The translations under genes and the position numbers were made by a program. The notes under the pieces were generated by a model that saw nothing but the letters and a program-made list of their open reading frames with translations, had not been told where the DNA came from and searched no databases. A DNA stretch of 64,000 nucleotides from Octopus vulgaris (lineage: Eukaryota), in contig CATOCA020000001.1 of NCBI GenBank assembly GCA_951406725.2, forward strand, positions 9,362,001 through 9,426,000, given 5' to 3'. Below, piece by piece: positions 36,401 to 48,400 of this stretch. Within the stretch, counting starts at the first letter, position 1, and each line of letters begins with the position of its first letter.

Positions 36401-39400
36401 CTGCATAGCATCTACCTCGCTCTGTCTGTGTTCGTGTGTTCGTTCTGTCTGCATAGCATCTACCTCGCTCTGTCTGTGTTACGTGTGTTCGTTCTGTCTG
36501 CATAGCATCTACCTCGCTCTGTCTGTGTTCGTGTGTTCGTTCTGTCTGCATAGCATCTACCTCGCTCTGTCTGTGTTACGTGTGTTCGTTCTGTCTGCAT
36601 AGCATCTACCTCGCTCTGTCTGTGTTCGTGTGTTCGTTCTGTCTGCATAGCATCTACCTCGCTCTGTCTGTGTTCGTGTGTTCGTTCTGTCTGCATAGCA
36701 TCTACCTCGCTCTGTCTGTGTTCGTGTGTTCGTTCTGTCTGCATAGCATCTACCTCGCTCTGTCTGTGTTACGTGTGTTCGTTCTGTCTGCATAGCATCG
36801 ACCTCGCTCTGTCTGTGTTCGTGTGTTCGTTCTGTCTGCATAGCATCTACCTCGCTCTGTCTGTGTACGTGTGTTCGTTCTGTCTGCATAGCATCGACCG
36901 CGCTCTGTCTGTGTTCGTGTGTTCGTTCTGTCTGCATAGCATCTACCTCGCTCTGTCTGTGTTCGTGTGTTCGTTCTGTCTGCATAGCATCTACCTCGCT
37001 CTGTCTGTGTTCGTGTGTTCGTTCTGTCTGCATAGCATCTACCTCGCTCTGTCTGTGTTACGTGTGTTCGTTCTGTCTGCATAGCATCTACCTCGCTCTG
37101 TCTGTGTTCGTGTGTTCGTTCTGTCTGCATAGCATCTACCTCGCTCTGTCTGTGTTCGTGTGTTCGTTCTGTCTGCATAGCATCTACCTCGCTCTGTCTG
37201 TGTTCGTGTGTTCGTTCTGTCTGCATAGCATCGACCGCGCATTGTATGTGTTCGTGTGTTCGTTCTGTCTGCATAGCATCTACCTCGCTCTGTATGTGTT
37301 CGTGTGTTCGTTCTGTCTGCATAGCATCTACCTCGCTCTGTCTGTGTTCGTGTGTTCGTTCTGTCTGCATAGCATCTACCTCGCTCTGTCTGTGTACGTG
37401 TGTTCGTTCTGTCTGCATAGCATCGGCCGCGCATTGTATGTGTTCGTGTGTTCGTTCTGTCTGCATAGCATCTACCTCGCTCTGTCTGTGTTCGTGTGTT
37501 CGTTCTGTCTGCATAGCATCTACCTCGCTCTGTATGTGTTCGTGTGTTCGTTCTGTCTGCATAGCATCTACCTCGCTCTGTCTGTGTTCGTGTGTTCGTT
37601 CTGTCTGCATAGCATCTACCTCGCTCTGTCTGTGTTCGTGTGTTCGTTCTGTCTGCATAGCATCTACCTCGCTCTGTCTGTGTACGTGTGTTCGTTCTGT
37701 CTGCATAGCATATACCTCGCTCTGTCTGTGTACGTGTGTTCGTTCTGTCTGCATAGCATCTACCTCGCTCTGTCTGTGTTCGTGTGTTCGTTCTGTCTGC
37801 ATAGCATCGACCGCGCATTGTATGTGTTCGTGTGTTCGTTCTGTCTGCATAGCATCTACCTCGCTCTGTATGTGTTCGTGTGTTCGTTCTGTCTGCATAG
37901 CATCTACCTCGCTCTGTCTGTGTTCGTGTGTTCGTTCTGTCTGCATAGCATCTACCTCGCTCTGTCTGTGTTCGTGTGTTCGTTCTGTCTGCATAGCATC
38001 TACCTCGCTCTGTCTGTGTACGTGTGTTCGTTCTGTCTGCATAGCATATACCACGCTCTGTCTGTGTTCGTGTGTTCGTTCTGTCTGCATAGCATCTACC
38101 TCGCTCTGTCTGTGTTCGTGTGTTCGTTCTGTCTGCATAGCATCTACCTCGCTCTGTCTGTGTTCGTGTGTTCGTTCTGTCTGCATAGCATCGACCGCGA
38201 ATTGTATGTGTACGTGTGTTCGTTCCGTCTGACATAGCATCTAGCCACGCTCTGTCTGTGTACGTGTGTTGGTTCTGTCTGCATTCCATAAACGTCAATC
38301 TGTCTGTGTACGTGTGTTCGTTCCGTCTGACATAGCATCTACCTCGCTCTGTCTGTGTACGTGTGTTCGTTCTGTCTGCATAGCATAAACGTCAATCTGT
38401 CTGTGTACGTGTGTTCGTTCTGTTTACATAGCTTTATCAACCTCGCTCTGTCTGTGTTCGTGTGTTCGTTCTGTCTGCATAGCTTTATAAACATCAATCT
38501 GTCTGTGTTCGTGTGTTCGTTCCGTTTACATAGCATCAACCTCGCTCTGTCTGTGTTCCGTGTGTTCGTTCAGTCTGCATAGCATCTACCTCGCTCTGTC
38601 TGTGTTCGTGTGTTCGTTCTGTCTGACATAGCATCAACCACGCTCTGTCTGTATCGTGTGTTCGTTTCTGTCTGCATAGCATCTACCTCGCTCTGTCTGT
38701 GTTCGTGTGTTCGTTCTGTCTGCATAGCATCTACCTCGCTCTGTCTGTGTTCGTGTGTTCGTTCTGTCTGCATAGCATCTACCTCGCTCTGTCTGTGTAC
38801 GTGTGTTCGTTCTGTCTGCATAGCATCTACCTCGCTCTGTCTGTGTACGTGTGTTCGTTCTGTCTGCATAGCATCTACCTCGCTCTGTCTGTGTTCGTGT
38901 GTTCGTTCTGTCTGCATAGCATCGACCTCGCTTTGTCTGTGTTCGTGTGTTCGTTCTGTCTGCATAGCATCTACCTCGCTCTGTCTGTGTACGTGTGTTC
39001 GTTCTGTCTGCATAGCATCGACCGCGCATTGTATGTGTTTGTGTGTTCGTTTTGTCTGCATAGCATCTACCTCGCTCTGTCTGTGTTCGTGTGTTCGTTC
39101 TGTCTGCATAGCATCTACCTCGCTCTGTCTGTGTTCGTGTGTTCGTTCTGTCTGCATAGCATCTACCTCGCTCTGTCTGTGTTCGTGTGTTCGTTCTGTC
39201 TGCATAGCATCTACCTCGCTCTGTCTGTGTTCGTGTGTTCGTTCTGTCTGCATAGCATCTACCTCGCTCTGTCTGTGTTCGTGTGTTCGTTCTGTCTGCA
39301 TAGCATCTACCTCGCTCTGTCTGTGTACGTGTGTTCGTTCTGTCTGCATAGCATCTACCTCGCTTTGTCTGTGTTCGTGTGTTCGTTCTGTCTGCATAGC

Positions 39401-42400
39401 ATCTACCTCACTGTCTGTGTTCGTGTGTTCGTTCTGTCTGCATAGCATCTACCTCGCTCTGTCTGTGTTCGTGTGTTCGTTCTGTCTGCATAGCATCTAC
39501 CTCGCTCTGTCTGTGTTCGTGTGTTCGTTCTGTCTGCATAGCATCTACCTCGCTCTGTCTGTGTTCGTGTGTTCGTTCTGTCTGCATAGCATCTACCTCG
39601 CTCTGTCTGTGTTCGTGTGTTCGTTCTGTCTGCATAGCATCTACCTCGCTCTGTCTGTGTACGTGTGTTCGTTCTGTCTGCATAGCATCGACCGCGCTTT
39701 GTCTGTGTTCGTGTGTTCGTTCTGTCTGCATAGCATCTACCTCGCTCTGTCTGTGTTCGTGTGTTCGTTCTGTCTGCATAGCATCTACCTCGCTCTGTCT
39801 GTGTTCGTGTGTTCGTTCTGTCTGCATAGCATCTACCTCGCTCTGTCTGTGTTCGTGTGTTCGTTCTGTCTGCATAGCATCTACCTCGCTCTGTCTGTGT
39901 ACGTGTGTTCGTTCTGTCTGCATAGCATCGACCTCGCTTTGTCTGTGTTCGTGTGTTCGTTCTGTCTGCATAGCATCTACCTCGCACTGTCTGTGTTCGT
40001 GTGTTCGTTCTGTCTGCATAGCATCTACCTCGCTCTGTCTGTGTTCGTGTGTTCGTTCTGTCTGCATAGCATCTACCTCGCTCTGTCTGTGTACGTGTGT
40101 TCGTTCTGTCTGCATAGCATCTACCTCGCTCTGTCTGTGTTCGTGTGTTCGTTCTGTCTGCATAGCATCTACCTCGCTCTGTCTGTGTACGTGTGTTCGT
40201 TCTGTCTGCATAGCATCTACCTCGCTCTGTCTGTGTTCGTGTGTTGTGTTCGTTCTACCTCGCTCTGTCTGTGTTCGTGTGTTCGTTTTGTAGCATCTAC
40301 CTCGCTCTGTCTGTGTTCGTGTGTTCGTTCTGTCTGCATAGCATCTACCTCGCTCTGTCTGTGTTCGTGTGTTCGTTCTGTCTGCATAGCATCTACCTCG
40401 CTCTGTCTGTGTACGTGTGTTCGTTCTGTCTGCATAGCATATACCTCGCTCTGTCTGTGTACGTGTGTTCGTTCTGTCTGCATAGCATCTACCTCGCTCT
40501 GTCTGTGTTCGTGTGTTCGTTCTGTCTGCATAGCATCTACCTCGCTCTGTCTGTGTACGTGTGTTCGTTCTGTCTGTGACATAGCATCTACCTCGCTCTG
40601 TCTGTGTTCGTGTGTTCGTTCTGTCTGCATAGCATCTACCTCGCTCTGTCTCGTGTGTTCGTTTTGTCTGCATAGCATCTACCTCGCTCTGTCTGTGTTC
40701 GTGTGTTCGTTTTGTCTGCATAGCATCTACCTCGCTCTGTCTGTGTACGTGTGTTCGTTCTGTCTGCATAGCATCTACCTCGCTCTGTCTGTGTTCGTGT
40801 GTTAGTTCTGTCTGCATAGCATCTACCTCGCTCTGTCTGTGTTCGTGTGTTCGTTCTGTCTGCATAGCATCTACCTCGCTCTGTCTGTGTTCGTGTGTTC
40901 GTTCTGTCTGCATAGCATCGACCGCGCATTGTATGTGTTCGTGTGTTCGTTCTGTCTGCATAGCATCTACCTCGCTCTGTCTGTGTTCGTGTGTTCGTTC
41001 TGTCTGCATAGCATCGACCTCGCTCTGTCTGTGTTCGTGTGTTCGTTCTGTCTGCATAGCATCTACCTCGCTCTGTCTGTGTACGTGTGTTCGTTCTGTC
41101 TGCATAGCATCGGCCGCGCATTGTATGTGTTCGTGTGTTCGTTCTGTCTGCATAGCATCTACCTCGCTCTGTCTGTGTTCGTGTGTTCGTTCTGTCTGCA
41201 TAGCATCTACCTCGCTCTGTCTGTGTTCGTGTGTTCGTTTTGTCTGCATAGCATCTACCTCGCTCTGTCTGTGTTCGTGTGTTCGTTCTGTCTGCATAGC
41301 ATCTACCTCGCTCTGTCTGTGTTCGTGTGTTAGTTCTGTCTGCATAGCATCTACCTCGCTCTGTCTGTGTACGTGTGTTCGTTCTGTCTGCATAGCATAT
41401 ACCACGCTCTGTCTGTGTACGTGTGTTCGTTCTGTCTGCATAGCATCTACCTCGCTCTGTCTGTGTTCGTGTGTTCGTTCTGTCTGCATAGCATCGACCG
41501 CGCATTGTATGTGTTCGTGTGTTCGTTCTGTCTGCATAGCATCTACCTCGCTCTGTCTGTGTTCGTGTGTTCGTTTTGTCTGCATAGCATCTACCTCGCT
41601 CTGTCTGTGTTCGTGTGTTCGTTCTGTCTGCATAGCATCTACCTCGCTCTGTCTGTGTTCGTGTGTTCGTTCTGTCTGCATAGCATCTACCTCGCTCTGT
41701 CTGTGTTAGTGTGTTCGTTCTGTCTGCATAGCATATACCACGCTCTGTCTGTGTACGTGTGTTCGTTCTGTCTGCATAGCATCTACCTCGCTCTGTCTGT
41801 GTTCGTGTGTTCGTTCTGTCTGCATAGCATCTACCTCGCTCTGTCTGTGTTCGTGTGTTCGTTCTGTCTGCATAGCATCGACTCGCGAATCTGTATGTGT
41901 TCGTGTGTTCGTTCTGTCTGCATAGCATATACCTCGCTCTGTCTGTGTACGTGTGTTCGTTCTGTCTGCATAGCATCTACCTCGCTCTGTCTGTGTTCGT
42001 GTGTTCGTTCTGTCTGCATAGCATCTACCTCGCTCTGTCTGTGTTCGTGTTTTCGTTCTGTCTGCATAGCATCTACCTCGCTCTGTCTGTGTTCGTGTGT
42101 TCGTTCTGTCTGCATAGCATCTACCTCGCTCTGTCTGTGTTCGTGTGTTCGTTCTGTCTGCATAGCATCTACCTCGCTCTGTCTGTGTTCGTGTGTTCGT
42201 TCTGTCTGCATAGCATCTACCTCGCTCTGTCTGTGTCCGTGTGTTCGTTCTGTCTGCATAGCATCTACCTCGCTCTGTCTGTGTTCGTGTGTTCGTTCTG
42301 TCTGCATAGCATCTACCTCGCTCTGTCTGTGTTCGTGTGTTCGTTCTGTCTGCATAGCATCTACCTCGCTCTGTCTGTGTTCGTGTGTTCGTTCTGTCTG

Positions 42401-45400
42401 CATAGCATCTACCTCGCTCTGTCTGTGTTCGTGTGTTCGTTCTGTCTGCATAGCATCTACCTCGCTCTGTCTGTGTACGTGTGTTCGTTCTGTCTGCATA
42501 GCATCGACCGCGCTTTGTCTGTGTTCGTGTGTTCGTTCTGTCTGCATAGCATCTACCTCGCTCTGTCTGTGTTCGTGTGTTCGTTCTGTCTGCATAGCAT
42601 CGACCGCGCTTTGTCTGTGTTCGTGTGTTCGTTCTGTCTGCATAGCATCTACCTCGCTCTGTCTGTGTACGTGTGTTCGTTCTGTCTGCATAGCATCGAC
42701 CGCGCATTGTATGTGTTCGTGTGTTCGTTCTGTCTGCATAGCATCTACCTCGCTCTGTCTGTGTTCGTGTGTTCGTTCTGTCTGCATAGCATCTACCTCG
42801 CTCTGTCTGTGTACGTGTGTTCGTTCTGTCTGCATAGCATCGACCCGTCGCTTTTGTCTGTGTTTGTGTGTTCGTTCTGTCTGCATAGCATCGACCGCGC
42901 TCTGTCTGTGTTCGTGTGTTCGTTCTGTCTGCATAGCATCGACCGTCGCTTTGTCTGTGTTTGTGTGTTCGTTCTGTCTGCATAGCATCGACCGCGCTCT
43001 GTCTGTGTTCGTGTGTTCGTTCTGTCTGCATAGCATCGACCGCGCTTTGTCTGTGTTCGTGTGTTCGTTCTGTCTGCATAGCATCGACCGTCGCTTTGTC
43101 TGTGTTTGTGTGTTCGTTCTGTCTGCATAGCATCGACCGCGCTTTGTCTGTGTTCGTGTGTTCGTTCTGTCTGCATGGCATCGACCGCGCTCTGTCTGCG
43201 CGTTCGTGTGTTCGTTCTGTCTGCATAGCATCGACCGCGCTCTGTCTGTGTTCGTGTGTTCGTTCTGTCTGCACAGCATATATCGGCCCGCGCTTTGTCT
43301 GTGTTACGTGTGTTCGTTCTGTCTGCATAGCATCGACCGCGCTCTGTATGTGTTCGTGTGTTCGTTCTGTCTGCATAGCATCTACCTCGCTCTGTCTGTG
43401 TTCGTGTGTTCGTTCTGTCTGCATAGCATCTACCTCGCTCTGTCTGTGTTCGTGTGTTCGTTCTGTCTGCATAGCATCTACCTCGCTCTGTCTGTGTTCG
43501 TGTGTTAGTTCTGTCTGCATAGCATCTACCTCGCTCTGTCTGTGTACGTGTGTTCGTTCTGTCTGCATAGCATCGACCGCGCTTTGTCTGTGTTTCGTGT
43601 GTTCGTTCTGTCTGCATAGCATCGACCGCGCTTTGTCTGTGTTCGTGTGTTCGTTCTGTCTGCATAGCATCGACCGCGCTTTGTCTGTGTTCGTGTGTTC
43701 GTTCTGTCTGCATAGCATCGACCGCGCTTTGTCTGTGTTTGTGTGTTCGTTCTGTCTGCATAGCATCGACCGCGCTCTGTCTGTGTTCGTGTGTTCGTTC
43801 TGTCTGCATAGCATCGACCGCGCATTGTATGTGTTCGTGTGTTCGTTCTGTCTGCATAGCATCTACCTCGCTCTGTCTGTGTTCGTGTGTTCGTTTTGTC
43901 TGCATAGCATCTACCTCGTTCTGTCTGTGTTCGTGTGTTCGTTCTGTCTGCATAGCATCTACCTCGCTCTGTCTGTGTTCGTGTGTTCGTTCTGTCTGCA
44001 TAGCATCTACCTCGCTCTGTCTGTGTTACGTGTGTTCGTTCTGTCTGCATAGCATCTACCACGCTCTGTCTGTGTTACGTGTGTTCGTTCTGTCTGCATA
44101 GCATCTACCTCGCTCTGTCTGTGTTCGTGTGTTCGTTCTGTCTGCATAGCATCTACCTCGCTCTGTCTGTGTTCGTGTGTTCGTTCTGTCTGCATAGCAT
44201 ATACCTCGCTCTGTCTGTGTACGTGTGTTCGTTCTGTCTGCATAGCATCTACCTCGCTCTGTCTGTGTTCGTGTGTTCGTTCTGTCTGCATAGCATCTAC
44301 CTCGCTCTGTCTGTGTTCGTGTGTTCGTTCTGTCTGCATAGCATCTACCTCGCTCTGTCTGTGTTCGTGTGTTCGTTCTGTCTGCATAGCATCTACCTCG
44401 CTCTGTCTGTGTTCGTGTGTTCGTTTTGTCTGCATAGCATCTACCTCGCTCTGTCTGTGTTCGTGTGTTCGTTCTGTCTGCATAGCATCTACCTCGCTCT
44501 GTCTGTGTTCGTGTGTTCGTTCTGTCTGCATAGCATCTACCTCGCTCTGTCTGTGTTCGTGTTTTCGTTCTGTCTGCATAGCATCTACCTCGCTCTGTCT
44601 GTGTTCGTGTGTTCGTTCTGTCTGCATAGCATCTACCTCGCTCTGTCTGTGTTCGTGTGTTCGTTTTGTCTGCATAGCATCTACCTCGCTCTGTTTGTGT
44701 TCGTGTGTTCGTTCTGTCTGCATAGCATCTACCTCGCTCTGTCTGTGTTCGTGTGTTCGTTCTGTCTGCATAGCATCTACCTCGCTCTGTCTGTGTTCGT
44801 GTGTTCGTTCTGTCTGCATAGCATCTACCTCGCTCTGTCTGTGTTCGTGTGTTCGTTCTGTCTGCATAGCATCTACCTCGCTCTGTCTGTGTTCGTGTGT
44901 TCGTTCTGTCTGCATAGCATCTACCTCGCTCTGTCTGTGTTCGTGTGTTCGTTTTGTCTGCATAGCATCTACCTCGCTCTGTCTGTGTTCGTGTGTTCGT
45001 TCTGTCTGCATAGCATCTACCTCGCTCTGTCTGTGTTCGTGTGTTCGTTCTGTCTGCATAGCATCTACCTCGCTCTGTCTGTGTACGTGTGTTCGTTCTG
45101 TCTGCATAGCATATACCACGCTCTGTCTGTGTACGTGTGTTCGTTCTGTCTGCATAGCATCTATTTCGCTCTGTCTGTCTTCGTGTGTTGTTCTGTCTGC
45201 ATAGCATCGACCGCGCATTGTATGTGTTCGTGTGTTCGGTCTGTCTGCATAGCATCTACCTCGCTCTGTCTGTGTTCGTGTGTTCGTTTTGTCTGCATAG
45301 CATCTACCTCGTTCTGTCTGTGTTCGTGTGTTCGTTCTGTCTGCATAGCATCTACCTCGCTCTGTCTGTGTTCGTGTGTTCGTTCTGTCTGCATAGCATC

Positions 45401-48400
45401 TACCTCGCTCTGTCTGTGTACGTGTGTTCGTTCTGTCTGCATAGCATATACCACGCTCTGTCTGTGTACGTGTGTTCGTTTTGTCTGCTAAGCATCTACC
45501 TCGCTCTGTCTGTGTTCGTGTATTCGTTCTGTCTGCATAGCATCTACCTCGCTCTGTCTGTGTTCGTGTGTTCGTTCTGTCTGCATAGCATCTACCTCGC
45601 TCTGTCTGTGTTCGTGTGTTCGTTCTGTCTGCATAGCATCTACTTCGCTCTGTCTGTGTTCGTGTGTTCGTTCTGTCTGCATAGCATCTACCTCGCTCTG
45701 TCTGTGTTCGTGTGTTCGTTCTGTCTGCATAGCATCTACCTCGCTCTGTCTGTGTCCGTGTGTTCGTTTTGTCTGCATAGCATCTACCTCGCTCTGTCTG
45801 TGTTCGTGTGTTCGTTCTGTCTGCATAGCATCTACCTCGCTCTGTCTGTGTTCGTGTGTTCGTTCTGTCTGCATAGCATCTACCTCGCTCTGTCTGTGTT
45901 CGTGTGTTCGTTCTGTCTGCATAGCATCTACCTCGCTCTGTCTGTGTTCGTGTGTTCGTTCTGTCTGCATAGCATCTACCTCGCTCTGTCCGTGTACGTG
46001 TGTTCGTTCTGTCTGCATAGCATCGACCGCGCTTTGTCTGTGTTCGTGTGTTCGTTCTGTCTGCATAGCATCTACCTCGCTCTGTCTGTGTTCGTGTGTT
46101 CGTTCTCTCTGCATAGCATCGACCGCGCTTTGTCTGTGTTCGTGTGTTCGTTCTGTCTGCATAGCATCTACCTCGCTCTGTCTGTGTACGTGTGTTCGTT
46201 CTGTCTGCATAGCATCGACCGCGCATTGTATGTGTTCGTGTGTTCGTTCTGTCTGCATAGCATCTACCTCGCTCTGTCTGTGTTCGTGTGTTCGTTCTGT
46301 CTGCATAGCATCTACCTCACTCTGTCTGTGTTCGTGTGTTCGTTCTGTCTGCATAGCATCTACCTCGCTCTGTCTGTGTTCGTGTGTTCGTTCTGTCTGC
46401 ATAGCATCTACCTCGCTCTGTCTGTGTACGTGTGTTCGTTTTGTCTGCATAGCATCTACCTCGCCCTGTCAGTGTTCGTGTGTTCGTTCTGTCTGCATAG
46501 CATCTACCTCGCTCTGTCTGTGTACGTGTGTTCGTTTTGTCTGCATAGCATCTACCTCGCTCTGTCAGTGTTCGTGTGTTCGTTCTGTCTGCATAGCATC
46601 TACCTCGCTCTGTCTGTGTTCGTGTGTTCGTTTTGTCTGCATAGCATCTACCTCGCTCTGTCTGTGTTCGTGTGTTCGTTCTGTCTGCATAGCATCGACC
46701 GCGCTTTGTCTGTGTTCGTGTGTTCGTTCTGTCTGCATAGCATCTACCTCGCTCTGTCTGTGTTCGTGTGTTCGTTCTGTCTGCATAGCATCGACCGCGC
46801 TTTGTCTGTGTTCGTGTGTTCGTTCTGTCTGCATAGCATCTACCTCGCTCTGTCTGTGTTACGTGTGTTCGTTCTGTCTGCATAGTATCGACCGCGCATT
46901 GTATGTGTTCGTGTGTTCGTTCTGTCTGCATAGCATCTACCTCGCTCTGTCTGTGTTCGTGTGTTCGTTCTGTCTGCATAGCATCTACCTCGCTCTGTCT
47001 GTGTTCGTGTGTTCGTTTTGTCTGCATAGCATCTACCTCGCTCTGTCTGTGTTCGTGTGTTCGATCTGTCTGCATAGCATCTACCTCGCTCTGTCTGTGT
47101 TCGTGTGTTAGTTCTGTCTGCATAGCATCTACCTCGCTCTGTCTGTGTACGTGTGTTCGTTCTGTCTGCATAGCATCTACCTCGCTCTGTCTGTGTTTCG
47201 TGTGTTCGTTCTGTCTGCATAGCATCTACCTCGCTCTGTCTGTGTACGTGTGTTCGTTCTGTCTGCATAGCATCTACCTCGCTCTGTCTGTGTACGTGTG
47301 TTCGTTCTGTCTGCATAGCATCTACCTCGCTCTGTCTGTGTTTGTGTGTTCGTTCTGTCTGCATAGCATCTACCTCGCTCTGTCTGTGTACGTGTGTTCG
47401 TTCTGTCTGCATAGCATCTACCTCGTCTGTTTACGTGTGTTCGTTCTGTCTGCATAGCATCTACCGTCGCTCTGTCTGTGTTCGTGTGTTCGTTCTGTCT
47501 GCATAGCATCGACCGCGCATTGTATGTGTTCGTGTGTTCGTTCTGTCTGCATAGCATCTACCTCGCTCTGTCTGTGTTCGTCTGTTCGTTTTGTCTGCAT
47601 AGCATCTACCTCGTTCTGTCTGTGTTCGTGTGTTCGTTCTGTCTGCATAGCATCTACCTCGCTCTGTCTGTGTTCGTGTGTTAGTTCTGTCTGCATAGCA
47701 TCTACCTCGCTCTGTCTGTGTACGTGTGTTCGTTCTGTCTGCATAGCATCTACCACGCTCTGTCTGTGTACGTGTGTTCGTTCTGTCTGCATAGCATCTA
47801 CCTCGCTCTGTCTGTGTTCGTGTGTTAGTTCTGTCTGCATAGCATCTACCTCGCTCTGTCTGTGTTCGTGTGTTCGTCCTGTCTGCATAGCATATACCTC
47901 GCTCTGTCTGTGTACGTGTGTTCGTTCTGTCTGCATAGCATCTACCTCGCTCTGTCTGTGTTCGTGTGTTCGTTCTGTCTGCATAGCATCTACCTCGCTC
48001 TGTCTGTGTTCGTGTTTTCGTTCTGTCTGCATAGCATCTACCTCGCTCTGTCTGTGTTCGTGTGTTCGTTCTGTCTGCATAGCATCTACCTCGCTCTGTC
48101 TGTGTTCGTGTGTTCGTTTTGTCTGCATAGCATCTACCTCGCTCTGTCTGTGTTCGTGTGTTCGTTCTGTCTGCATAGCATCTACCTCGCTCTGTCTGTG
48201 TTCGTGTGTTCGTTCTGTCTGCATAGCATCTACCTCGCTCTGTCTGTGTTCGTGTTTCGTTCTGTCTGCATAGCATCTACCTCGCTCTGTCTGTGTTCGT
48301 GTGTTCGTTCTGTCTGCATAGCATCTACCTCGCTCTGTCTGTGTTCGTGTGTTCGTTTTGTCTGCATAGCATCTACCTCGCTCTGTTTGTGTTCGTGTGT

